Shown one piece after another: positions 10,445 through 18,637 of a stretch of DNA of 34,965 bases. Under the pieces are notes generated by a model. It had not been told where the DNA came from and made no database searches. It worked only from the letters and a program-made list of their open reading frames with translations. Numbering within the stretch: position 1 is the first letter of the stretch; every line of letters begins with the position of its first letter. The stretch comes from a virus (Duplodnaviria > Caudoviricetes). The stretch is from the IMG/VR virus record IMGVR_UViG_3300030104_001475, positions 1-34,965 of that record, one strand, 5' to 3'. Both the position numbers and the translations under genes were made by a program.

Positions 10445-11647
10445 TTAATATATTTTATATTTTTTATTTAAGTAATCTTGTATTTTTCCAAAATCATAAT
10501 CCTCTAATTTGTCATTGTAAATTATAACTTCGTGTAAATTTCCATCCATAAATCTAGTGTTAATTACTGCAGGAGGGGCTCCACCATCACTCTCTCTACC
10601 ACATCCTATTCTAAATTTATCAATATTGTTGAAGTCAATATTAAGGTCAAAAGCCCCTTGATAGTGTGTTAAATTACTTGAACTTGTTGCAGACCTGTAA
10701 TCCACAAATATTGACCTGTTATGTTTTCTTAAGCACCCTATAAAATATTTACCAACAGCATACTCTCCTGCTGTTTTTGTTAATATTGTTGTACCATCGC
10801 TAACGCTACCTGTGAAGCCTCCTGACGCATTTAATCCCATTTCAATATATGAGCCTGTAGGCAAGTCAAAATAGCCAAAAACAGATTGACTTATTGCGTC
10901 TATTTTACACACCACAAATATTGTAAACGCTTGTTGAGTACCTCCACTTGTTTTAAAAGCATTATCTGAAATAAATTTTTCCTGATTTGATGATTTATAG
11001 GTAAAAATTGTTTTATCTAGTAAGCCTCCATATGTATATCTTAATGGTTGGTAAAGTTTAGTTGTTTGACCATAACCATTACTATTTCCTGAACTATCTC
11101 CAACTGCACTTACTTTTTTTGTTGGAATACTAAATGTAACATTGCTGTCTGCCCTCAACCAAGATGATAGATTAGGCAGTTGATTAGGATATGTAGATTG
11201 AGGTCTAAAACATTTACTTAAAACCCTCCAAGTGAATGTCATTTTTATTTGTATTAATTGGTCATTAGCAACCTCTTTATTTCGTTCAACAACAACACTC
11301 TCATCCTCTAAAAATGCAGTTATAGGAGCATCTGCCTGATAGTATTTTAAAAAATTATCTAGCCATTCTGTGCTTAAATCCTGAAGGTTTTCCCATCTTT
11401 GCTCAATAGATTCGTTTGCCTGTGCTGTTCTATTGTATAAATCAGAGAAATAAACCTCAAAAGTATAATTTTCCCAACCATTATTCAATCCTACTTCAGG
11501 AAATACTGAATCAGGAGGAGTTATAAGTAAAGAAGGGTATTGAGTTTTGTGATTATCATTAAACTCCTCTGTATATCCAAAGAATTTATCTCCATAAGTC
11601 CATTTAGACTTCATTACTGTTACTATATCTGTTAATTTTATTGTCAT
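10445..11647 (-). CDS. Tail terminator-like domain fused to a LamG/ConA-like domain
   Basis: The N-terminal ~150 aa contain YPSLLITP..YTFEVYFSD. The C-terminal part runs from LSSWLRAD to DGNLHEVIIYN..IQDYLNKKY. Confidence 0.6.
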   Translation of the reverse strand: MTIKLTDIVTVMKSKWTYGDKFFGYTEEFNDNHKTQYPSLLITPPDSVFPEVGLNNGWENYTFEVYFSDLYNRTAQANESIEQRWENLQDLSTEWLDNFLKYYQADAPITAFLEDESVVVERNKEVANDQLIQIKMTFTWRVLSKCFRPQSTYPNQLPNLSSWLRADSNVTFSIPTKKVSAVGDSSGNSNGYGQTTKLYQPLRYTYGGLLDKTIFTYKSSNQEKFISDNAFKTSGGTQQAFTIFVVCKIDAISQSVFGYFDLPTGSYIEMGLNASGGFTGSVSDGTTILTKTAGEYAVGKYFIGCLRKHNRSIFVDYRSATSSSNLTHYQGAFDLNIDFNNIDKFRIGCGRESDGGAPPAVINTRFMDGNLHEVIIYNDKLEDYDFGKIQDYLNKKYKIY

Positions 11648-11649
11648 CT

Positions 11650-11889
11650 TTAACTTACTTTATTTGGGTTTGCAATTTTCTCGCTAACCTTTGATTCGTA
11701 CTCATTTTTGGCTGAAATCCAACTTAAATAAGTCAATACATTGTATAAATTTGTGTCTTTAACACTATCTATATCATTTTTTCCATCCATTTTAAATATT
11801 CCTTTCTCTGCAAGAACATATAAACTATTCAGCCACCCAAAAGGCTTGATGTAAGTGTTATAAAGTCCTTTTGTTTTTACTGCCATCAT
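11650..11889 (-). CDS. Tail assembly chaperone C-terminal extension (GT-like, reached by -1 frameshift)
   Basis: The -1 frame is open from the T9 slippery run (11953-11961) into this ORF. Confidence 0.7.
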   Translation of the reverse strand: MMAVKTKGLYNTYIKPFGWLNSLYVLAEKGIFKMDGKNDIDSVKDTNLYNVLTYLSWISAKNEYESKVSEKIANPNKVS

Positions 11890-12572
11890 ACTTTGAGATT
11901 TTTCTCCGAATACATATTTGAAATTTTCAGCAACCTCTTGCTTTGTTTGGTCAAAAAAAAAGCGAACTCATATATGATGTCCATTGTTAATTTTTTAAAC
12001 TTTTCAGTTTTTTCAGGAATTATATCATCATCATAATCCTCATCTATTCTCCTGCATAAAATAGCCATTTGTTCAGGCAAAACATCATATCTGCCATTTT
12101 TCATATGTTCAATAGTCATATCAAGTTGAGTAGCCTCAATAAAATCTCCGTAAGTGTTTTTTTTGAATGATTCTGAAGGAAAATAATAAGTTTCTCCTTC
12201 TAACTCAAAAGACCTAATTCCTTTTGGTTGATATTCTTGTGTTAGCATACCTATAACCTCTATTACCTTTTCTATTTGAGCCATATCTACATTTTTCATA
12301 TCATCATCATTTAATCCTGAAAAAAAGCAAAATATATCTTTATTTAAGGCTATACTGTCTATAAAATCTATATCCTGTAGGATTTTATCTAAATCATCAG
12401 CATCTGCATACCTCTCTTTATGAGATGTTTTTTTTAATTCCGATTTTTCCTGATGTTTCGCTATTATAGTAGATAGCCTACCCCAATAATCAACAGTTAT
12501 GTCTTTCCATTCTGTAGGTATGGTAACATCTGCTGATTCGTTGTTTTGTGTTATGCTAATTGTTATGCTCAT
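11886..12572 (-). CDS. Tail assembly chaperone (G-like)
   Basis: 228 aa, acidic. Contains GCT TTT TTT TTG near its 3' end. Confidence 0.7.
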   Translation of the reverse strand: MSITISITQNNESADVTIPTEWKDITVDYWGRLSTIIAKHQEKSELKKTSHKERYADADDLDKILQDIDFIDSIALNKDIFCFFSGLNDDDMKNVDMAQIEKVIEVIGMLTQEYQPKGIRSFELEGETYYFPSESFKKNTYGDFIEATQLDMTIEHMKNGRYDVLPEQMAILCRRIDEDYDDDIIPEKTEKFKKLTMDIIYEFAFFLTKQSKRLLKISNMYSEKNLKV

Positions 12573-12984
12573 TTTTTTGTTTCGTTAGTTTTAATATTTT
12601 TCTTTGAATCTCCTCTTTTACTTTTATATCGTGTAATATATCTGTAGTTTCTCCAATGAAATCCACAGTCCTTTCAAACATTATTTCTGTTAATTCCTCA
12701 ATATAATCAGAATTTTCTTTTCTTTTAATTCCTGATAAAAAACCCATAGTTGCATACATCATAAGATTTGGAGTCATATAAGCCCACTCATTCCTTCTGC
12801 TACTGCTTTTTACTATTTTATTAAAAGTATTTGTGTAGTTTACAATATTTTCTAAAATTTCATTAAAATCTAAAAATTTTTTACTACCATATTCCTCTGT
12901 CGCCTTATATGCTGTTCCTTGTATGAACTTGACATATTTTGTGAGCATTTTTTCGTGTTTTGCGTTTAGGCTACTAATTTCCAT
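12556..12984 (-). CDS. Hypothetical protein
   Basis: 142-aa ORF, first gene after the putative late promoter at 13007-13051. Confidence 0.75.
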   Translation of the reverse strand: MEISSLNAKHEKMLTKYVKFIQGTAYKATEEYGSKKFLDFNEILENIVNYTNTFNKIVKSSSRRNEWAYMTPNLMMYATMGFLSGIKRKENSDYIEELTEIMFERTVDFIGETTDILHDIKVKEEIQRKILKLTKQKNEHNN

Positions 12985-13006
12985 AAAAAATATTCTTAAT
13001 ATTTCG

Positions 13007-13051
13007 CAATTATATTGTTTTTTTTTATATTAAACGAGAAGTTTTTGGAAA
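13007..13051 (-). promoter_or_regulatory. Putative late promoter: TTTCCAAAAACTTC-N23-TATAATTG
   Basis: Same upstream 14-mer and spacing as the sites at 33975-34019, 16087-16131 and 16259-16303. Confidence 0.6.
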
Positions 13052-14512
13052 TCAGGCAAAATATACCACTTTTGCATTATTCCACATATTTTTGTTTAGT
13101 GCCATTACTAAACAATCAACCATATCGTCGTGTTTAGCAGATGGAAACTTAACTAATTGCTGTAAAAATTCCTCATTCCACTTCCCCCTTAATAAACTTA
13201 CCCTTCCTGACTCTAGTGCTGCAGAAATATCCTGAACTCTGGCAACCTTATCTTTTGATGGTGGTTTATCCTCTCTTACATTTAATCCTGTTTCTTTTTG
13301 TAGTGTTTGCACAATAGACTTTCCTGATGCTTTTGGCTCTACATATATTCTACTTCTATTGCTATATCCATTTTTTTGTACCCATTGAGGTATAAATTTT
13401 ACTAATTCAGGAAATTCCTTGTGAACATTTACACAATCTATAATTTGCCACTTATTATTTTTAAATATATATGCTAATAATGCCGAAGGGTCATTTTTTT
13501 CATTTGATGTATATGCAGGGTCTATAACAAAATCTACAACTATTTGCTCTCCAATATCAATCATTTTATTTTGGTCAATTCTCAACCATTCTGCTTTTAT
13601 CATTCCTGAATTAAGAGGGGTTGGGGTTTGCATTAATTGTCCTGCGTAACCATAACTACCTAATGCTTGTTTATAATCATCAAGTATTGTCCTGCTAAAT
13701 CTATCTGTCCAAAACAATCCATCTTTGTCGTAATTTTCCTCTAAAGATTTTGGCTTAATATCATCTGATAATTCTGCAGGTATACAGATATGCTTATATT
13801 TTAATCTGCTTTCGCTTCCATATAATAAAAACCCACTTAAATCGTTATCGTGTATTCTTTGCATAATAACAATCCTAATTCCTGTTAATGGATTATTAAG
13901 TCTTGAGTAAAATGTTGTTCTATACCATTCGTTAGCATTTTCTCTTTCTATTTCAGATGCTGCATTTTGGGGAGATACAGGGTCATCAACAATTAAAAAA
14001 TCTCCCCCCTGCCCTGTAACTGTTCCTCCTACCGAAGTCGCTCTCCTAACCCCCAAAAAATTATTCTCGTATCTTGATTTTAGATTTTGGTCTTTTTTTA
14101 TGTGAAATAATTCTCCCCATCTATCTTTAAACCATTGTGAGTTTATTATATCTCTGCTTCTTGTAGAATGTTCTATTGAAAGTTCGGCAGAATATGATGC
14201 TGTTATAAATCTGAATTTTGGATTCTTAATCCAACTCCAAACAGGAAACATAACTGTAACTAAAAGTGATTTTGTAGAACGAAAGGGTATATTTATAACT
14301 ATATCTTTCGTTTTAGGCTCGTTGGCTATTATTCGTTCTGCTTCTTTTTGTAGAATATCACATAGATATTTATGATGCCAATTAGTAGACAACTCAATAC
14401 TAGGTTCAACGATATGCCAAGCCTTTTTAAAGAACTCATAGAATGATAATTCGCATAATTTTTTTTCTAATGCAAATTTAAGTGCTTCATCAGTTGTTTT
14501 CAATGTCGTCAA
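13052..14512 (-). CDS. terL: Terminase large subunit
   Basis: Walker A-like IPFRSTKS, Walker B LIVDD, MQRIH coupling motif, nuclease IDPA, and C-terminal FPSAKHDDMVD. Confidence 0.95.
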   Translation of the reverse strand: MTTLKTTDEALKFALEKKLCELSFYEFFKKAWHIVEPSIELSTNWHHKYLCDILQKEAERIIANEPKTKDIVINIPFRSTKSLLVTVMFPVWSWIKNPKFRFITASYSAELSIEHSTRSRDIINSQWFKDRWGELFHIKKDQNLKSRYENNFLGVRRATSVGGTVTGQGGDFLIVDDPVSPQNAASEIERENANEWYRTTFYSRLNNPLTGIRIVIMQRIHDNDLSGFLLYGSESRLKYKHICIPAELSDDIKPKSLEENYDKDGLFWTDRFSRTILDDYKQALGSYGYAGQLMQTPTPLNSGMIKAEWLRIDQNKMIDIGEQIVVDFVIDPAYTSNEKNDPSALLAYIFKNNKWQIIDCVNVHKEFPELVKFIPQWVQKNGYSNRSRIYVEPKASGKSIVQTLQKETGLNVREDKPPSKDKVARVQDISAALESGRVSLLRGKWNEEFLQQLVKFPSAKHDDMVDCLVMALNKNMWNNAKVVYFA

Positions 14513-14894
14513 GTTTGGCTCTCAACTCCTCAATACTCACATCATCATTTAATTCTATTTTAACTTTCTTTGTTGTATTATCGTTTATCTCTGATGATGA
14601 TAATTTTGGAACTGTATAGTTAAGTAGTTTTGAAACTGCATTTATATATGCTTCAGGGTTTTGGTCAAACAATTTATCTAAAGCCATTCTTATTTTAGTA
14701 GAATGTCCTTCTAATGCCCAAGTCAAAGCATTTCTGCTAATTTTATTAACTACAACATTATTTTTTTCTCCCTTTTTCCTGCCTTCTGTATTTATTTTAC
14801 CACCATTTGGAAAATATTTTTCAGTAGAATTTTTATATGGGTTTAATTTGTTGAGGTTACTTTCTCTCAACTTGTGTCTTTTATCCTCACTCAT
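14490..14894 (-). CDS. terS: Terminase small subunit
   Basis: 134 aa, overlaps the terL start. GRKKGEKN motif and YTVPKL. Confidence 0.7.
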   Translation of the reverse strand: MSEDKRHKLRESNLNKLNPYKNSTEKYFPNGGKINTEGRKKGEKNNVVVNKISRNALTWALEGHSTKIRMALDKLFDQNPEAYINAVSKLLNYTVPKLSSSEINDNTTKKVKIELNDDVSIEELRAKLDDIENN

Positions 14895-15226
14895 AATTTT
14901 AATTTTTTAACTAATGCAGATAATCCGTCAATTTGTTTTAATTTTTTTATAGCCCAATTAATACCACTCGTTCCTCCCCAACAATCCCACATTAAGCCTC
15001 CACACCCTTCATCATAAGGAACATCTTTATGTTGTTGATGTCTTTTAAAAGATGCCATTCTAGCAATCGTATCTCTTGATAAATTTTCTCTATTTGCTAA
15101 TTGATTTGCTCTTTTTTTACCTACATCAGTCCCACAAGACCCCCAACCATTTTCATCAACCCATTTTAATGCTCTTTTTGCATTATTAGTTGCAGATTGA
15201 GGGTAATCATTATATGTTTCAGCCAT
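14891..15226 (-). CDS. Conserved phage protein (WGG-motif domain, head-associated candidate)
   Basis: CGTDVGKKRANQLA...LSRDTIARMASF...WGG motif, recurrent in phage head modules. Confidence 0.6.
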   Translation of the reverse strand: MAETYNDYPQSATNNAKRALKWVDENGWGSCGTDVGKKRANQLANRENLSRDTIARMASFKRHQQHKDVPYDEGCGGLMWDCWGGTSGINWAIKKLKQIDGLSALVKKLKL

Positions 15227-15227
15227 A

Positions 15228-15614
15228 TTATAATTTTTTTATAGAGTCAGTTAATTTATCTATATACTCATCTAACTCCTCATCTAACATTGATGCTGTT
15301 AGTTCATCATACGATTCCTCTAACTCCTCTGTTTCAATATCCTCAATTTTATAAGTATATAATATGGTCATTGATTCTCCCTCATCTGACTCTACCTCAA
15401 CAATAAGTTCTCCATTAGTATGAAGTTCCTCCATTTGTTCCTCTGTAAAGTTGTAAGAAAAGTCATAATCGCTTTCCTCATTATATTTTGGTTTTATAGT
15501 TTCCTCTAAATACTCTCCCTGATTTGCTAATTGACAATCCTCTAAAGTTTCGTATTCACACTCTCCTGTTTCTCCCCATTTATATTTTCCGTTTTCACAT
15601 TCCTCGCAAGGCAT
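15228..15614 (-). CDS. Highly acidic hypothetical protein with N-terminal Cys motif
   Basis: MPCEEC..KYKWG..GEC..C followed by a Glu/Asp-rich region. Confidence 0.75.
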   Translation of the reverse strand: MPCEECENGKYKWGETGECEYETLEDCQLANQGEYLEETIKPKYNEESDYDFSYNFTEEQMEELHTNGELIVEVESDEGESMTILYTYKIEDIETEELEESYDELTASMLDEELDEYIDKLTDSIKKL

Positions 15615-15642
15615 AATTTCTATTTTTTAAATTTTACATTTT

Positions 15643-16071
15643 TTATGATTGGTCGCAGTCCATATACAATACCACAACTAAAAAAGGATTAAGAATATCC
15701 AACTGAACCATAGTTATATCAGCCATTATACTAAAAGGTTGCCATATAGGAACTCTTTCAATAGCAGAACATTCTATATCACTTATGTTGTTTGCTGCAA
15801 ATTTGATTATTTGTCCTCCAAAAATACAAGGGCAGTTCTTATCAACAGTTTTTGCAATAGTCCCTGTATGTATAACATCCATCCTCCAAGCGTTTCCTTT
15901 ACCCTCCATTGCTGAATTAAAAGCATATTGTTCAAATTCAGAATCCTCTCCAAATCTACTTGTTAGTATTCTAGTGTTACCACATTTTCCGTGCCCCTCA
16001 TAAGCCAAGTCTGCAGTATATATTGGAGATTGGTTATTAGTTATGTTGTTAGGTGGATGATAAAAACTCAT
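15643..16071 (-). CDS. Hypothetical protein
   Basis: 142-aa ORF, first gene of the terminase operon. Confidence 0.7.
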   Translation of the reverse strand: MSFYHPPNNITNNQSPIYTADLAYEGHGKCGNTRILTSRFGEDSEFEQYAFNSAMEGKGNAWRMDVIHTGTIAKTVDKNCPCIFGGQIIKFAANNISDIECSAIERVPIWQPFSIMADITMVQLDILNPFLVVVLYMDCDQS

Positions 16072-16086
16072 AAATTTCTTTTTTTA

Positions 16087-16131
16087 CAAATAAAACATTT
16101 TTTTCCATATTTCATAAGAAACTTTAAGAAA
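16087..16131 (-). promoter_or_regulatory. Putative late promoter: TTTCTTAAAGTTTC-N23-TTTATTTG
   Basis: Degenerate copy of the motif with identical spacing, upstream of the terminase operon. Confidence 0.5.
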
Positions 16132-16176
16132 TTTTACTAACTGCTCTTTATTCATAACTTTCTCTTTATCTCTTTC

Positions 16177-16206
16177 TTTATCTTTAAGAGTATTAAATAC
16201 CCTATA
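16177..16206. repeat. Iteron-like site A (28/30 identical to 25817-25846)
   Basis: TTTATCTTTAAGAGTATTAAATACCCTATA. Confidence 0.75.
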
Positions 16207-16258
16207 CTAACCCTATCATTATGAAATTGAATTTGTTTCCATTTTTATTATATTTTCA

Positions 16259-16303
16259 CTTCCAAAAGTTGCTTAAAAATTAATTTTTTTTACTATACCT
16301 TTG
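16259..16303 (+). promoter_or_regulatory. Putative plus-strand promoter: CTTCCAAAAGTTGC-N23-TACCTTTG
   Basis: Perfect TAnnTTTG box plus a variant of the 14-mer at the same spacing. Confidence 0.6.
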
Positions 16304-16376
16304 ACTTCTTATAGAATACGCTGTTGCTCATATCGCAACTAGCATATTTGATAACCTTCCTAAAAAAATAATCACT

Positions 16377-16466
16377 ATGTTTAAAAAATTAAAGAAACTT
16401 AATACATATAAGTTTGGTAAAATAACTATACAATTATTACCTCCTAAAATAATATGGAATATCTAA
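16377..16466 (+). CDS. 29-aa basic peptide MFKKLKKLNTYKFGKITIQLLPPKIIWNI
   Basis: ATG with A-rich leader downstream of its own promoter. Below the ORF track size cutoff. Confidence 0.55.
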   Translation: MFKKLKKLNTYKFGKITIQLLPPKIIWNI

Positions 16467-16660
16467 TTATGAAATTGAAATCAAAATTAGGATGTGTATG
16501 TAGATATGGTTAAGAATAGGTGTCGCCAAAAATTACGGATTTTGCAAATTTAATCCCCTTTTTTTTCAAATTTTACACAAAATTATGTTTTTTTTCTCGG
16601 ATTCTGACAAATTAAAAGTTTTTAATAAGTTTTTGTTCTTTTTCTTGCATAAAAAAAGAA

Positions 16661-16711
16661 AAAAAGCAGATAATAAAAAGGTTTTTTTATAATTTATTTT
16701 TACTATCTGCT
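16661..16711 (-). terminator. Intrinsic terminator after the early 374-aa gene
   Basis: AGCAGATAxTAAAAA / TTTTTAxTATCTGCT stem followed by a T-run on the minus strand. Confidence 0.65.
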
Positions 16712-16854
16712 AATTTTTTTTAACACCCTAACAAACAAATAAAAATAAATAGAATTGTAATCATTAAATCTGAAAAGGGTATCTTGTCAAAATTAGTATA
16801 ATCTCATAAATGGTTTAATGTTTAGTTAATAAATAGTTAATAGTTTTTTTTGTT

Positions 16855-17979
16855 TTATCTTATATCGTCTGCATAATGATACAAACCTGTATAGTCATTG
16901 TAGACTGCGTTTTCCTCTCGTACTATATCATCTCTTTCATCTATATAAATACTGCAATTGTCGCAGATATATTCTTCTTCTACTTCGCTATATCTTATTT
17001 CATCCTCGCTATATCTTTCTCCACAACAATCGCAAATATAGCCACCGCCTTCTGTAAAACCTCCGCCAGTGTCCTCTAAAATATATTCTTGCGAATCCTC
17101 GTTTGCATCAAATTTTATATTTTGGCTTAATTCTGTCCCCCATCTAAAAGAATCCATATAAGGATAATGCTCTAAGTCAAAAAATGTATTTTGATTTATT
17201 TGTATTGAAAAAGATGGATACGAGGCAGAATTAAAAAAGTTTAGTTTTTCTTTATCTCCTTTAATGGCTTTAATATGTGTAAAAGAATAACAATCTAATT
17301 TTTTTAGTTTTAATGCTCTTTTTATTTTATGATATAATTTAGCCTGTAATTCTGACTGATTAGAATTTTGAAACTCATTACTTATATAAATTCTATCTAG
17401 AAAATATTTCTTTTCAAAACTTCCATCTGTAAAAGTTTTCATATTGTTAGTTTTTGTCCATAAAATTGCTCTCGCAACTACTGACTTTCCAACTTTTAAC
17501 CCTACAATTTGAGCCTTTGTATCTATAAAATTGCTGTAAATCTCAAAATAAGTTGCAGGTTTTTTGCTCATACAGGAGCCGTTAGAATTATAAATATAAT
17601 TTGTATTTTCTTGACTATAAAAGCCTTTCAAATCATCCTCAATAAATAAATCAACATTTTTACAATAGTTTATTCGTAATTGTTTATCAATATCGCTTGA
17701 AATTGTCGCTTGTTTTTCTCCCTCATTTATGAACATTTTAGATAATATTTTGCTTATGCTTGTACTTGTAAAATATTTTTTTCGCTGTTCTGCTGTCCCT
17801 TTTATTTTAGTGCCTGTATATTCTAGTAAAGAATTAATTTTTTCTTGCTTGATATAAGACACTTTTAAGGGGTTGTCAATGCTAGTATCTATAAATTTAA
17901 TACTATTGAAATTTTCGCTTTTAGTAGCGTAAATTGATAAATATTCTATCGCTTTTTTAATTGTGTTTTGTGTTTTCAT
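16855..17979 (-). CDS. Early hypothetical protein with SCM / RAILW / DRIY / PYMD motifs and a C-terminal Zn ribbon
   Basis: 374 aa. CDCC...CDNC at the C-terminus. Confidence 0.85.
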   Translation of the reverse strand: MKTQNTIKKAIEYLSIYATKSENFNSIKFIDTSIDNPLKVSYIKQEKINSLLEYTGTKIKGTAEQRKKYFTSTSISKILSKMFINEGEKQATISSDIDKQLRINYCKNVDLFIEDDLKGFYSQENTNYIYNSNGSCMSKKPATYFEIYSNFIDTKAQIVGLKVGKSVVARAILWTKTNNMKTFTDGSFEKKYFLDRIYISNEFQNSNQSELQAKLYHKIKRALKLKKLDCYSFTHIKAIKGDKEKLNFFNSASYPSFSIQINQNTFFDLEHYPYMDSFRWGTELSQNIKFDANEDSQEYILEDTGGGFTEGGGYICDCCGERYSEDEIRYSEVEEEYICDNCSIYIDERDDIVREENAVYNDYTGLYHYADDIR

Positions 17980-18004
17980 TTTTTTAGTAGTTAGATTAAT
18001 AAAA

Positions 18005-18235
18005 TTATTTGATTAAGTTAAAAATTATATTACTTATTAATATAACAAATGCAACACTAAAAAAAGAAACTGCAAGTGTATTAATAAAATTGTTAATTGT
18101 GTTATCTCTTGGGCTTAATGCACTTGATACAGCGTATTCTCTTATATTATTCTTTTTAAAAAACTGAATCGCTTCATTATGATTGAATAAGTGTTCTGTT
18201 CTCGTTGTTCTGTTTACTACTTTAAAATATACCAT
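18005..18235 (-). CDS. Early small membrane-anchored protein (76 aa, ATG start preferred over the TTG at 18268)
   Basis: C-terminal hydrophobic helix. The TTG start overlaps the -7 promoter box. Confidence 0.7.
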   Translation of the reverse strand: MVYFKVVNRTTRTEHLFNHNEAIQFFKKNNIREYAVSSALSPRDNTINNFINTLAVSFFSVAFVILISNIIFNLIK

Positions 18236-18265
18236 TGTTTTATGTTTTTTAGTTAATAACTGCGA

Positions 18266-18300
18266 CAAACATACAAAATAATTTATAAATAAAATACAAA
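18266..18300 (-). promoter_or_regulatory. Host-type early promoter (TATGTTTG -7 box; upstream TTTG at a long 23-nt spacing)
   Basis: Matches the Bacteroidota TAnnTTTG consensus. Confidence 0.6.
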
Positions 18301-18388
18301 TTAATTAAAAAGTTTTTCAACAATTAGAATGTTAATAACTTTCTTGCAAATAATTTGCATACATAAAAAAAAGATGTAAAGAAATAAA

Positions 18389-18417
18389 ATTTAACATAAA
18401 AAAATATTATGTTAAAT
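18389..18417. other. dif-like Xer recombination site ATTTAACATAA-AAAAATA-TTATGTTAAAT
   Basis: The right arm is the canonical XerD arm and the left arm is its perfect inverse, with a 7-nt spacer. Confidence 0.7.
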
Positions 18418-18456
18418 ATTGTAAAATAGCGGCATACCCCTATAGCAACAAACCTA

Positions 18457-18508
18457 GCAGTTTCAAGGGGTCAGCAGTTTCAACAGGTTTGGCAGTTTCA
18501 ACAGGTTT
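18457..18508. repeat. Three tandem GCAGTTTCAA(CAGGTTT) repeats followed by a ~110-bp almost pure AT tract
   Basis: Copies at 18457, 18474 and 18492. Confidence 0.8.
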
Positions 18509-18637
18509 TTTTCAAAATCTTAAAAATATTTTTTTTAAAAAATAAAAAAATAAAAAATCAAAAAATAAATTTATAAAACAAAAAATAAAAACAATATTTA
18601 TTTTTAATATATGAACTTAATTTATTGGAGTTCGTAT

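Larger units (their letters stand above)
16218..16479. repeat. 14-bp direct repeat ATTATGAAATTGAA (16218-16231 and 16466-16479) flanking the plus-strand cassette
   Basis: Exact match. Confidence 0.7.

Noticed and set aside
4268-11647. Diversity-generating retroelement or invertible tail cassette
   Set aside because: No reverse transcriptase, invertase or TR/VR repeat pair seen.
18457-18508. Mini-CRISPR array (GTTTCAA resembles CRISPR repeat ends)
   Set aside because: The period is only 17-18 nt, leaving no room for spacers, and there are no cas genes.
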